The translations under genes were made by a program, and so were the position numbers. From contig JBFLGF010000117.1 of assembly GCA_050230475.1 (NCBI GenBank), forward strand, positions 1-64,000: a DNA stretch of 64,000 nt, given 5' to 3'. The notes below the pieces were generated by a model, which did not search any database, was not told the origin of the DNA, and worked only from the letters and a program-made list of their open reading frames with translations. Every line of letters starts with the position of its first letter. Positions within the stretch are counted from its first letter, which is position 1. This DNA is from Ancylonema sp. Its lineage: Eukaryota. Shown in pieces: positions 45,212-59,600 of this stretch.

Positions 45212-48200
45212 TCTCAAATCTGAATCATCGTGTACCACGCAAGGAGTGATCCCGGTGTCATTTCGGATCAGTCAATGGCGATCGTGTCAATTTATAATGA
45301 AAGAAAACCAGCTCATAATTTGTGGATCGAACTAAAAGAGAATCTCCCGTTGTGATACATTTCCCTTCTCCGAAAAAAACAGCATGTGAATCCAAGGTCA
45401 GTACCAGACGACATTCATCGCTGAAAGGCGTGGATAATTGATACAAGGAGAGAAAATGGGTATTTTTAAAGCGTTACGCTACGTAATATCAGTGGCATAC
45501 GTCGATCAAACAAACGGGAATCATTAATCATAAGAAGTGACTTGTTTAAGCGATCACGGCATGTCGTACCCAGAGAGAAGACATGCCAATAATAATACTA
45601 CACTTCCCAGCGAAGAAATCAAGATAGTGTGACTCGCACCCTAACCAGAATGTGGACGTTCCTCAGCGCCATTTATTTGTTTTCCCTTCATTGCAACGGT
45701 TCAGCGCTACGGTTGGCTGGATGAGATGATTTGCGGCAGGGATGGGGTACTCCAGAGCACACTGGAGAGGCGGTCACAGAGAACGACGACTTTCACAGTC
45801 CACATTCCCTGATATGGCGTTAGTCTGGTTTCCTTTCTGGTATTCACAGGCCGAAGTGCAAAATTACATCTGATTACATGCAGCGTGAATTGGAGTGAAA
45901 AGAAACCTATTCATTGGTTGAAGAAAGCATTTTAAAAAGTATGGTCTGTTGGAAGCGTAAACGAAGCGGCGAACGACGCTCCATGTGGATCTACAAACTG
46001 CATCAGGAAAGTGAAGGTCGAGGTTGTTTCTTGTTGTGCCAAAATTGTACGGAAGCATTCATTTACCCTCGATTCCTTTGTCTTGAAACTCCACCCTGAC
46101 ACCGTATCTTGCAACTCCATTACTGGCATGAACTCATTATCAACAAACGAGTGAACAAGAAGATGTCTGGGAGATTTCGAGATTGACATCGCAAATAGGG
46201 TCGAGCGAGGTATCCCCACAATCGGGTTGGATCCCGATTCTTGTTTGGGAACCGGGTTAATGAGGCTCGCAGGGGCACATATTTTGTTGAACAGCCTCGG
46301 AGATTTGTGCCTCGTGTATCATGCTTGCCTCGTGCCATGTCATGGTTGCTTACTACAATTTGTTGTTTCCGACGGTACCGGTATTCAGGTGCGCACGAAC
46401 TCGACAAACCGAATATCATATTTAAGAAAACTATCATTGAAACAGACGGGCGAGGGCGGCGGCGGAGGTGTCACGTTCGATTAATAACCATCACGATTCT
46501 ATAACCACTACTACGATTATTCTAAATATTCGGGTACAAGATATTCGGGTAACCATACAACTTTGTCGCAAAAACGAAAAACATATTCGCACAGATTGAA
46601 AGCAAGGAATATGTTGCGTATAATATTAAACCACATTTTTCGTGACATGACTACCCAAGTGCCAAAATCAGCTCAACAGTCATAAAAATCTAAAAAATTT
46701 CATTTTGATTTATATATTTTTATTAAAAAAAAAAAAAAAAAAAAAACGTCAAATCGTCAACATATGTCTGAGTCACGTATTTTTTTTGGTTCTTCGATCT
46801 GAAGATACTTAGATTCATAATTTCAAGAGATCATCCTACTTCACTTCAGGACAAGTAAATCTACCTATCGTCGAGCTGAATATCTTGGGCGAAATTACTA
46901 GCCGAGTCAACACACTTTTGTAGTATTTTCATAACAACTTCAAAACAAAAATACGACACATGAGTTAAAATGCCTGAATGCTGGTTACACAATGTAACCA
47001 TCAAGGCATTTTAGAGTCCAAATACCAATCAATGCCTGCATGATATAAATATTATGATAGCTTCATAAAACCACGTTTCGAAATTATGGTTTATTGAACT
47101 TGTTCACGTAAAATTTCATTTTTCAAACACGGAAACGATGGATACAAAATGATTTTTCCTAGGATATTCAATATCCTTTTTTTTTCTTTAAAAAAAAAAA
47201 TATATAAAAAAAATGTAATCAACTTTTGCCCACGGTCGGACTTGTCGTATCTGATGCATTATGTGTAAAGTGTGAATCTACTACGGATATCAATTGGACA
47301 TTTAGACATTTGTTTCGACAATTTTTGAAATTTTCGTCAATATCGAACCCAAAGGGGCCCTACGAGTGGAACATAAATATATGTGTGCTTTTGAATGTTA
47401 TTAATTGACACCTCTAAGACACCGATAACAATGATCACTCAAGTAGCCATTGAGTTCCCCGAATTTTTTTTTATCGCACTACCATGTTGATGTGTAGCGA
47501 CACATGTTTGCGATTCATAATCTTTTTCCCTAATAAAAATAATATACTACAAACTTCATAAGTGTAAAGTCCGAAATGAAATGTCTTTGAACCGCGAGGC
47601 ACGAGCATGCCGCTGTGGCGAGCAACACAAGCGTTGCCGGGACGGCAATAATGTTTACATGCTTCATGTCAATTTTTGTGGTGTCAAGCGGTTATAAAAA
47701 TCATTTAAAGAAAGCGTGCGTATATAAAAAAAAAGTGGCACAATGGAAAAATATCTTTAGCTACCAAATCAGACTCGAAATCATCTAGTATAAAGCAATA
47801 TCTTTGCACGTGCGGTTTAGCTGAATTGTCATTTTCAAAATTATTACAACAATAACTCACGTACAGAATCTCTTGTGAGTAGTCCTTGCCAGCTACAACG
47901 TTGGACAACGCTATTGGAAAACCTTGTGATACTTTCCAAATTATACGATGGAAATATAAATTCGCGCTCGTAGCCATGACGTGATGATCAAGTTTCTAGC
48001 TTTCTATACAACACTCTATCTAGCGGGCTTCGCAAATCAGTTTGGTTCAGTTGTATTACACGTTGCCGACTTATGAGATATACGTGTCAATTCATCACTC
48101 GTATTCCCAACATCACGCAACTCTCTAACCATCGACATCGACTCTTCCTCACGGAGAGCAAGCGCATGATCAGACTCCCCCTCATTCGTCCGCGTTACCC

Positions 48201-48253
48201 CCCCCCCCCCCCCCTCCTTCAACAGTACCATCTCCGGCGCCGAACCCACCCCT

Positions 48254-51200
48254 CTATTGTCCAAATTTGGGTGAATGAGCATAAAGCAGGCGATTAAATT
48301 CAGTGCTCGCGTGTCTCATCCCCGGAGTCATTGCGCCAAATACAAAGGGCGAAAAGGGTCCCGAACCGGCGATAGGCGAGAACTGAGATCCAAACCCCGT
48401 TATGAAGTCGCCCCAATCAGGAGTACCACTCCCCCCACCCCCCCCGCCCCCGAATTGGATTGCGTGGGTGGCCTCTGGTCGGGAAGGGGGGAAGACGGGA
48501 CTGAATAGAGGGGAGAGGCCGATATGGGGGAAGGTATCAAAGGGATGGGTGGGAGTCTGAGAGGGGCTGATGGGGTGAGCAGGAAATTGGGATCGTTGAT
48601 TATCATCGAAAAGAGGGGGACGGGAGGCATTCCCATCCCTTTCCCTTTCCCTATACCATACATCTGCAAAGGGGGGGGAAGGGGGTTGTGGTTAAGATAC
48701 GCGAAGAGAAAAAGTAAATATATTTATTTTATTGATTTATGGAACCACCATGTTCGACGATGGGGATGGAAAAAAACCTTGTATACTTTACTACATTACA
48801 CAACAAGAAATTGTAAGTTTTGATACTAAAGGATATGCATGCGTTGATGTGCTACTAGCCTTGTACACCGTATCAGAAACGAACACAAAACCCCCACCCT
48901 GATCCTCCACCGATCGACGCCACGTGTCCCCCGCGCTCAATCGGTCCCTCGGATTGAGTCGAGCACGCCACAAGGGGGCGCATGTCCAATTGCGCCCCCT
49001 CTTGCGCCCCCTCCTCCACCGTAGTCGTGTTCCCAAGATTGCTTTTCTGACGCAATGTGGGGCGTCGAGGCACTTGGATATGGAGGTTAGGAGGAGGGTG
49101 GCGGCGCATCCCCCCCCCCCCGCCCCCCCTCGCATGGGGCTTGCCAAGGGGTTGCGAAAGTTCCATCGGCGGGAAGAGTTCGAGCGAATTGGAATGCGGC
49201 GCCTGCCGTTGCTCCACTATTCTCTGATCTATGAGTGGTTGTTGGGAGCGTAGTGGGGGGTGGACCTCATAGGCTCGAGGCATGTGTTGCGATGGTCTTT
49301 GAAGCTCGGAGGGGGGGACTTGGTGTGGATACGTCGTTGACACGTGTGCTTGACCGGGTGCCACGGTGTCCCTATTGGGCGGGCCACGTGTCCAAGGCGC
49401 GTTGGAGAACGCATAGGCGCCGTTGTGGCGCTCGTTGGTGGAGGGAGGAATCGTAGGGACGGGGTAGGAGGTGGTATCTGCACAATTTATAAAAACGAGG
49501 AAAATGAGTACACGTGGCACGGAGGGGGTTGGACACGAAGACATCATTGTCACATGGGCCACAAAATGGAGGGTGTTGGTATACCAAAAGCTCTAAAAAC
49601 CCTTGTATTGGTTCCTTCAAAAAATATAAAGCATAGATGATATAAAATACACCCATGCATGATATATGATCCATCCAAGACACCGTAACAAGTTGAGTGG
49701 AAACGAATGACAACCTCTCTCACTACACGAAGAGATTTAGATTTCGGTTTATTTTGAATTTAGATTTAGATTTAGATTCATCCGGCAAGCGGCTCACCGT
49801 GATTTGCCAAACCAACTTCCGCGCCCTTGTCTCCCTCCCCCCCCCTTCCCCTTGATTCCTCTCGAATAGCAGGCGACTCACATACGCCTTCATTCTCACT
49901 ACCCGCCCCCGCCCCCGCCCCCCCATGAGAAACCGTTCTAAATCCTGACTCCCCACTCCTCGTCATCTTGCCCCCCCCTCCCGTCCGCAGCTCGCTCTTT
50001 CGTTTCCCTGATGACGTCATACTCGGACCGGGAGGTGGCGTGGATCTTCTTTCGCTCCCGCTCCCGCCCCTGCCCCCGCCCAGCCTTTGCCTCTCGATCA
50101 GACTCTGCGCCGCGGGGTTAGGTTTCGCGAACACGGGGTTGGGATTGAGCGCTATCATCCGCTCGGGGCGGTAGCCAATGAGCTCTTCCGCATCGACTTC
50201 GTGGATTTCTTCCCAGCGCTCGTACGCGGCCTTCACTAGACGATCCGCAAGGGGCTAAAACGAGCGGGAGCGGGAGCGGGGGCGGGGGCGCAAACACTAT
50301 ATTTCAGTATAGAGTTGACTCGATTATAAATCGAGTCAAAGTCCCTCAAGTCCCTCAAAACCCTATAAAATATCTAAACCTTGATACGTGAATTCTAAGA
50401 GGTTGATGTCGACAACCACTTCGTCAGCAAAAAGTGCAATCCATACCCGGTTGTGAAACCCGATTCTTTACCGCATCTGCTTGTGGCAACGTGTCGATGG
50501 GCGTGAAGACCCCCTCTCTGAAGACTCCGATGATTTGGTACACGTTGTTGAAAACCGCCATTTGACGTTGGTTGCTCTTGGGATCCCAAAATGCGTACGC
50601 CTTTCCGTTCAACACACAAGTTTGGGCGTGCTCGACCAAACCATCCCACATTTTGGAGGACATGCCTGCGCCCATCACCTGTTGTGTCGACGCGTGGGGA
50701 ATTGAGTTGGTGAGTGAGGGGTTGGTGGTGGTTGGTGGTTGGTGGTTGGTGAATTGGTTGAGTTGGTTGAGGTGTTTATGCGGGGGTGACTTTTTGACTG
50801 TGCCCGATCGTTGTGTATGGAAATAATAAAAACAACAAAGGTTTACGATTTTCAATTTTCATAATAGGGGATGATAACAGGGGAAGAAAAAGATTTTGGC
50901 TAGTGTCTGTACGAGTCACTCGGCCATTGTTAACCATAAATTGAAGTCTTTCAGACCTCAAACGAATCGACCTCGACTGGAAGTTATTATGTGTTTTCTT
51001 TTTCCTTCTTTGGTTGTTTGTTGTTTATGATGTTGTATTGGTTGGCTTCCCTTCTTCTTCTTCTTTTTTTTTTGTTTTTTGTTTTTTTGTTTTTGAAATA
51101 TTGATCTTATTTCCCTTCCCCTACACTATTGATTCTACACTTCTAAGAGACTTTAAGACTTTTTTTTTTTTTTTTTTTTTTTGGGGTACCGATCGTGTTT

Positions 51201-54118
51201 TTGGCTTCACTCATTTCGTACCTTGCGAAGGTTGCGCGGGTCGAGTACAAAGAGTCGCAACACATCTTCGACCGTCTTGATGTTCGCGTTTTCAAGGCGC
51301 TGGCGGAATGCTCCGTCTTTTCCCAATCCCTCCAGCCGCCAAACCTCTTCGTCGAGAGACGGGGGATAATGCTTCTTGTACACTGCGCAAAACAGACCGC
51401 CGATTCCGGCCTTTACTACCGTTTATCGCCGTTATACCGACTATTCCCCATTGCCTCTAGTGATTTATCGGCACCTCCTTGTTGACAAAAATGGATTAAA
51501 AGTAGATTTAAACACCAAAAATTCGGGATATGGACGAAATACATGATAAAATATCTCTTGTTCCGGCCATTCGTTGTAATACTAATATTGATACCAAAAA
51601 TGGAGACGCATCGATTGCACACACGATACACACTTGGTTTTGTTACCATGATAACGCACGACTCGATCTCGTCTCATGCTCGTGTATTGTATTGTCTTTT
51701 TCATCATTATAGTTCGACTAAAAACACAAAGAAAAAAGAGGTCGGGACATATACGAATAACCTACCCCGTTGTAGCCAACCCCCTCCCTTATAAAAAACA
51801 AAAAGTGGCGCTTAGAGCTTACGTTCCCCGCGGTTGTCCTTGACGGTGAAGGCTTCGGTTTTTGCTTCTCGTATCCGTACGTTCGGTGGACATTGATCGG
51901 GGGGCACTTGTACGGCCAAGAGGAACTTCCGACTCCGCACCCAACTTGAATTGTCGGTGAAACTCACTTCTCCAATCACACCCTCGCCTACCTGCGGCGC
52001 AATATGAGAAGGCGAAAATCGGCGGTGTGCCACCATAGATTGCGCCAATTTTTGTGTCGTGAGTTTCCGTTTACGTCTTTCGTAGAAGACTAATCATTTT
52101 TATATTTCATTTTCCATTTTTCTATTTCATTTTTATACTTTAAACGGCCATGCCGACACGACGGAAATAAGCCCTTTGTTTTTCCGTTGCCCAAGCATTT
52201 ACTGTGAGGTGTATTCGAGACTCATGCGTTCATTTAGGCACATCGAAGACCTCGATTTACCGTTAAAGACACCGTGAGGTCCCCCGACAGCAACGGTCTT
52301 TTGCCGTCCCGCTCCTTGACCACATGCGCCTCAAACTCCTCCACACTCCACATGGCGCTATCCTCGTGGCACAAGTCGCCTTCCAAGGCCACCACACGGA
52401 GGGTCAGATTCGCCGCGGGACAACTCTGGACGCGTTGACACGTGGCGGCATCTTCGAGGACCACTCGGAGCGGACGGCTGCGCTCCGCCTCGATGCGGCT
52501 GGAGGAAGGAATGTGATGACTTGGATCAGAAAATACCGACGTGGATGTGACATGTAATGGCTATAGCGGGCGACATTGAGAACATAATATGTTCTCATTG
52601 TCGGAAAATGACGAAAAAAATCCTTCTTCATAATCCTTCTTCTTCTTCATAATATGTTCAGGAGAAAGGCAAATTTGAGGTCAGTGATCGGAATAAAAAA
52701 TAAACAATTACATTTTTTTTTTTGGAGGTTTTGGGATGTGATTATGGGGAGAAAGAAGAATGATCCCCGATGATTTCAGCTTAATAATTTGAAAGAGGTC
52801 ATAAATATTTCAATCATGAAAAGTCTTTAAAGATTGGACCCAAAATGTAATTGAGTGGTCGAAATGATTGAGTATGAAAGGACGTCGGAAAGAAAAACCA
52901 CGCAATGAAAAGTAAGTATCCCTCACCGTTGACGAACGAACAACATATACCTTTCGGCAATATATACAGACTGCACAATTTCATACCTTGTTGTCATAAA
53001 CCATATTTTCCCTACTTCTTCCAAGGTTGATTTGAGAGTTCAACAAAAATTCAAAGTCTGGAGTCGTTAGAAATCCACCTTCCGGTGAAGAGAGGCAGCG
53101 ATAGCTTCCCCTCGAAGTTCAACCGCAAAACCCTCTGGCCAATCACAGCAGCCGGTACCGGTGCACCAAATATTTTCCTGCCGTCAGATGCCGTCAGATG
53201 CCTGAAAGAAATGAAGAATTTCGACACGTGTGGTGAGCGGATCCTCGTGAGACTCATGATCCCGGGTCGAATGACGAAGTTATATTGCCAATTCGATGCG
53301 AATCATCTGGTGAGCATATGCCACGTGGTAGTATTTCCGTATAGATTTTCCGTACCTCCGTTCAGGTGCAAGCGGTTGGGCAGCGGACTCTGCAAACGCG
53401 AACCGGATTTCTTCCGATACCTGCGACGCAATAGGAGCCAAGAGTTCAAGAAGATAATTACGTACATGATCCACCGACAACATGAGTACTGAACCGTACT
53501 CTTCTGGAAGTAAAAATCCGAAGACGTGATGGTAGGGAAAAGACTTGGAGTGAGTCAGAAGGCCAAATATCAGACTCTCGTCCTGAAAATCCTGAATTTC
53601 TGAAGCGGTAAGTGAGTCCGGTCGAAGATTCAAAAACGTGCGGACACGCAGACATAGTTCGAACGAGGCGAGTTCGTATCGAGTAGCTCTCACCACTCGT
53701 CGAATGAACGGCTCAAACCATAACATAAGACTTTTGAAAATTGCCACCTTCTCCCCATCCATGCGCTCCCTGGCCAGAGGTTCAGGTCGTTCATGATCGT
53801 CAGCCAAACAGGTAACGACGACACAGATGTACAGCTTCTGAACATGCACCTGACGTTTGATCACATAAATAACCGGCTACTTACAAGCGACGCAGTTTTC
53901 GAAGCCACTTACACAATATCCCTTTTGTCCATCCGCTGGTCACGAACCCGCTGGCTCAAATTATCAAACGATTGCTTCAGCGTGCTGTCGAGAGTACTAC
54001 TGTCTCTTCCGTCTACGGATTTGCGTCTGCCTCCGAACTGCATACCAGGCTGCGCTTCAGAAAAGTTATGCGTAGCCGCAGTGTCATCATAGTCAGACAT
54101 CGCTGCTCCCACAGTCAT
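48254..54118 (-). CDS. CBP60: Calmodulin-binding protein 60 (CBP60/SARD1 family) transcription factor; exons 54118-53913, 53769-53694, 53420-53356, 53201-53079, 52498-52261, 51991-51823, 51382-51222, 50678-50472, 50254-~49880, ~49477-48911, ~48663-48254 (last three approximate)
   Basis: [139 protein letters not shown]. Phases are consistent across the first 8 introns. Confidence 0.93.
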
Positions 54119-56889
54119 GGACCCTCCTCAATATTCAGAAATCATTACCCGCAGAGACAAGCTTGATCTAGGACGAAATAATATTGAATTTCGCCAGAGG
54201 CTTCCTCTGCGAGTTGGAGAGTGTCGGAAAAAAAACACCAGGCATGCGGTCCTCACCTGAAATAGATTTACGACGATAACGCGGAGCCGCTTGTGCTGAC
54301 GAAAGCTGTCGATTCCCCTGAGTCCTCACGGCTCACAAAATCCGACATACTAAAATTCTCGCCTCCATTTGACCTCTGTTGCACTTTCCATCCGTTCCCA
54401 TCCGTCACTAGTCGAAGGCTGTGGTCAACTCTGAAGAAACGGGCTGGAAGGATCGAATACAGTACAGCTGCAGTACAACTGCATCTTGACATGGTTATGT
54501 TGCAAATGCAGACGACAAAAGGCGTGCATCTACGTGGTGCCACCAAACCTGCATGGCGGGCGTGTGGTCTCGAGACCAGAGTAAGAAATTATTTTCCGAG
54601 CTCCACGAGGTACACGCGTGATAAAACAGTATAGGCGCATTAAATCATTACATCCTGTCCGTCCGTTGGTTCCGAGCCAACCAGCTGGCACTCAGGCGCT
54701 CGTCCCGCAGCCTTGTAAGTACAATTGCTAAATGCCTACCACAAAATGTCATCGGTTTTCAGGTGTTCATCGAAGTAATAAATCTCACGAGATTCGAGAC
54801 GCGGGACAAGACAATCTAAGAAAAGTATCAACCGCTCGTCAGCCGTAATAATTAGGTAGAATATATCCAGTCATTCATATGCGGCTTTGAGCGAAATAAT
54901 GTATCCGAAGACTTCCCAGAGTACCATTTATAAAGATGACGTGGCACCTCGGAACCTATCGGAATAAAAAGTCACTGAAGGTGGCATAATTATGCCTGTA
55001 GATTGAAATATGCCCCATCAGATGATGCGGCTTGCTGAAAAGTTTCATTTGGTTTGTGGAACGTCTAACCGAGCCGTCATACCGGTGTGTTTTTTTTTTT
55101 TTTCACGAGTTTTTTCCCCCAGCATAACAGTTTTTTTTCAATTGATGCACTTAAGTTTTTTTTTTTTTTTTTTTTTGGAGTTCCAAATGTGAAAATTAAA
55201 GATATTATCAAAATATCTTGAAAATGCATCGATGAAATTGACGAATGCAGATTTCGAAGTATGTCGTATTGTTTTTAATTCTGGTGTAGTTTCATGATTC
55301 AATATTGACTTACTGATCGATAGTAGATACGCATTGATGGACCAAGATGGGTGGCGTTTGTGATGTACATTGGGTTCTTGAACTTCGGATTTTTTTTCGA
55401 TGTACAAGCGTTTTTTGTTTGAAGGACAATGATTTGCTTGTGTTTCGTCCCGAACGGGATCTTGTATGTTCATTCGCTTTAGGAAAATAAGTTTTTTTAA
55501 TCTTGAGCGTCTTGGCACGATAAAGATTGACATGCCTCCAATGATTGCATTTCACGTTTTTTGCGGGCAGTTGTTCATAAATTTCGTGTAAAATCGATAG
55601 ATTGCGCATGATAGAAATAAGTGGCAACATATCTCTCAAGAGTTGGGAAACCATTTTTTGCTCGATAAGCCGCCACTTTTCGTTAAATGCATCGTAGGCT
55701 TCAGCTCAAAACTCTTATTTGTGAAATCACGCTTTTACTTGGTACATTTACCGTGTCACCAACAATGACATGTGAGTCGGCTCTCTCACTATCTCGACAA
55801 AAATAATGATCGTATCCGTCGGCGAAAAGGGTATCCATACTCCTTTGAAAGTTGAAACAAATAGTCCATGAAGGATTCGTTTCACATATTTCAAGTCTTA
55901 TTGCAATAAATATTTTCCTTTTTTTTTTTGAAGGATCGATTTCTCTTTTTACACGTCACGTTAGTTAAAGCACGCAGTTCTTTTGATAATCGTTTAGCGA
56001 TGTGTTGTTTGGCGACATTCTCACTTTAGGCTTAAAAGTATTCTCCACTTCTGATGATATTCAAACATGATTATTTGATTGTTAGATTCTTTCCTTGCAA
56101 TATACTGAGCTTTACTAGAATGAAAAATCCAACACAGTCGGAGATGTATGTCGAATATTAATTTCGATGAAACACCGATATCAATATCGTAAAATATAAT
56201 GAAGAGAAGACGAAGATTTATACACATTATAAATCGTTCTGCATCATAAACATATCAAATCCGAAATATCGACTGACGGGTTATGTATGTAACTGTTCCA
56301 AAATGATACTGACCGCAAATCAAAGTTCTCGAGTATCAAATATTTAATGCCTACGTAATATTTAATGCATACTTTTAGGTATAATCATAGCGAACCCAAC
56401 CTTTCGAACGTGTTCAATGTTGGTCACGTCAAGGTGTTTAGGAGTCGACCATGTAGTGCAAGTACGTCATCTTTAATTTCGAAACTATTTGAGCTGGCAG
56501 AATGCCAACTGCCGCCGTAAGTACAAGATTCAAATTTTACAATATTCGATCGTACTTTCCAATATATAGAAAAATATTGACGGTAATAAAGTTTTTGCAT
56601 CCTATGAAATCGATTAATTTGATAAGAACATGAACCCTCGTTGATCAAATTGATGCTATACTTTGGCGCTATTCACTTGCCCAGTTAATTTATAATTGTT
56701 GTCTACGTTTGATTATAAATATGTGCATTATGATTCTACTAGAAATCACATGATATTATTATATATATTACTATTATATTATGTTTTTGCTGAGGTCAAC
56801 TGACTCGAATTATTTCTTATCGGCCTCGTAAAATAAGCTTCGTTTGTCAATTCGGCGTTATGCATTTTGTCTTCACAATCTCGATATGC

Positions 56890-59600
56890 AGTTGTCTACC
56901 ACAAGTCTTCACCCGTGGGAACGGGTGAAGGCGTTGTAACAAAAGTTGTATCCTCCCCATTTTCGCTTTCAGCTTTTCGAGTGATCCCCGTGATTGTGCG
57001 TGAAACGTGAAGGACGGAGGAACAAAACATTCGTAAGGACATCATTGAAATCGTAGGGAGCTTATTCCATAGTAACCAGAAAATGTATTTACTATGGGAT
57101 AAGCTCTTAAAATAATCCTGGACGAAGGGATTTGGCTTGTGAATAACACGTTCCACTCCGGTTTGGAACCTAACCGCTTCAAAATCTGACTTCCCGAAAT
57201 GGGACATGCCGGTTTTAGACTTAATGGTCAGATCCACTATGATTGATAATGACAGAGAGACAAGTGACGATCTGATTTCAATTTTCTTCTCAAATCGGGC
57301 ACATCGTTTCTTAGTTGTATCTCTCATTGGAGTTGCTGCGTTCTTAAACAAGGATGGAAAATATCATGCATCCAATCCTTAGATGTGACATTCCCTTGAA
57401 GCCTTGACAAGGTGTGCCAATATTGTGTACATAGTACACTCACTCTCACACTCTGTAATCCACGGGACGCCTATGCGCCCACCCACCTTGCCCCTACATA
57501 AATTCCCCAAGTGAGCCATTGCGACTAATCTCTTTGCACTGCATTTTCCCAAAAAAAAAAAAAAACGCAACCCTATCGCAACCTATTGTTTAGTAATTAT
57601 TTCTTATGTTCCACTACCTAGCCGAATGATTGCTTTTGTTTCACCGTGAAAATTTCGCTCACTCTCAATACTTAGAAAAAGAGGTGGAAAAGAGCGACAA
57701 CCGATGATATCACTTCCAATACAACTTCAACCTTGAACTCACGCCACGTCATCGCTTCATGTTTCTGAAAATCTTTGCAATGCTTGTACATTGTTTACAT
57801 GCCAAGAGGGGCTCGTGAAAGTACACTCTAATCGTGAAAGCATAATGTAGAGTCCCCACATGTCTAGCAAGTGTCTCATCGGCGACCACGCAAAGCCCCA
57901 ATGAGTCACCGCAACTTTGTCAGAGAGTTTCCAAAGGAAAAGTTGTTGCCACTCCCAATGAGAATGCTTGGTGGGTTGGGAAGAAAATCAGCACTCAAAG
58001 AATGGGTGGCCTTGCCAAATGTGTGAGCGTTAAAAGCTCGACCTGAATGGCTCCCGAGCACGGTTTGTTAAATGCCTCGTAGTTTTGGCCCCTCCTCAGA
58101 GCCCATTCTCGCCCTTCGCCACTAACTTCGGTATTAGATCCAATGTACGCAGCTCTTGCAATATTCTTTTCTCAGCACAGGCCTGCAACAACGGGATCCA
58201 ATTCTCAATCTCCGCGAGGACTCCGTCTTTACATTGAGTAGATCAAGTCTCATAGAAAGTGGTGTCAATTACGTGAACTGAATTGAGCCAGAATCACTTC
58301 GAGATTATTACATGTAGGGATTCCACTTTTCTCTCAACATCAACACATGTAGGTGAACCAGCATGTCAATGACATCTACCCTCCCAACATATCACTCACA
58401 CGGCCAAGTAGTGATCAACATCATTTGCAAGTAGCCAAGTGCATTGCTGCATCACAGTTCCCCCAATGGCGGAGTGAGGATTGGACGGCTCACCTCCAAC
58501 ATCGGCGAGTTTTGAGGGACGCTGCAAGCCAATAGCACGCTGCGTTTCAACTTCATGGCTGTGAGAGGACGCGGAACGGAGAACAAGGATATGTTAGGCA
58601 AGGATGTAGTCATTAGTGTCCGGATTGGTATCCTCCACTTTCGTAATGCCTAAAGGCGAAAGCCCAAATGAAGCTAAACTCCAGCCGGGGACAGCCGACC
58701 ATACAAGCAATTCAAGGAAATAGGCAGCACTGAGCAACAAATCGTGTTTGACAAACCATAAATCTATCCCCAACTTCAAGAATGGATGAGAGAAACCTAG
58801 CACGATATGTCGAGTGCCAGGTTAACCGAACTCGGCTCATGAATCTGGCGCGAAATAGTAAATATTTTAACCCCCTTGTCTATCAAGCCCATCCACTACC
58901 AAGTCTCCTTGCCATGCCAGCTCCCACGCTGTCTGTACTTCCTCCAATCAGAGCAGTCACACTTGGCACTGCATCCTGCATCCACGCAGGTGCGGGGTCA
59001 CTTTCAGATCTGGGGTTGGTATTTACAACTCTGGGGTTGATTATGCTGGTTTATCACTAAAAAGATACAGGTGGGAAGAAGGAAATGGTGAGTGGATACT
59101 GGAATGAATTTCAGGTCTGTCAGATGTTTCTTTTCACCGTGTTGATTGATTACGGAATTCAAAAGCTCTGACTTGCGTAAGAGTGACCAAAACTTCTCCA
59201 CTCAGCTACAGGCAAATGAAGGGTCGAACGTGCAGAATGATGTCAGCACCTGGCAAACGTGATGCTCTTACAGCTGTTCTCGGACAACATGGACAGCTGC
59301 CACAAAATCCTTCGACGCTTATACAGGACTCCAAGTATTAGAGGCTGGGCGCAATGTTTGCAGACAATGAGGAACCCGATTCCGTTTCAGATGCAATAGG
59401 CGCTCACAAAACGTGTTGGGACTGCTGCATAAACATCTCCCATGCGGGCCCCGTTGCAGCCCACCCATAGATAGACCTGACCAAGAGTGCCAAAAACAAA
59501 GATGTTCGCAGTGACCTGGTCGTAGAACCGTTTCCCTTGAAGTGCTAATCGTCAATCAGTCTTAGTAATTGAAGAGATGGCTGTCATGGGGAAATGACAC
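56890..59600 (-). mobile_element. Degenerate non-LTR (L1-like) retrotransposon
   Basis: Fragments resemble RT (LKLGIDLWFVKHDLL; PGWSLASFGLSPL), the LVA..NLCRGKVGGRIG segment and the zf-RVT-like FWLLWNKLPT, in the expected order. Many stops. Confidence 0.5.

Noticed and set aside
45864..46504. Overlapping short ORFs that look semi-coding
   Set aside because: No recognisable domain or consistent splice structure.
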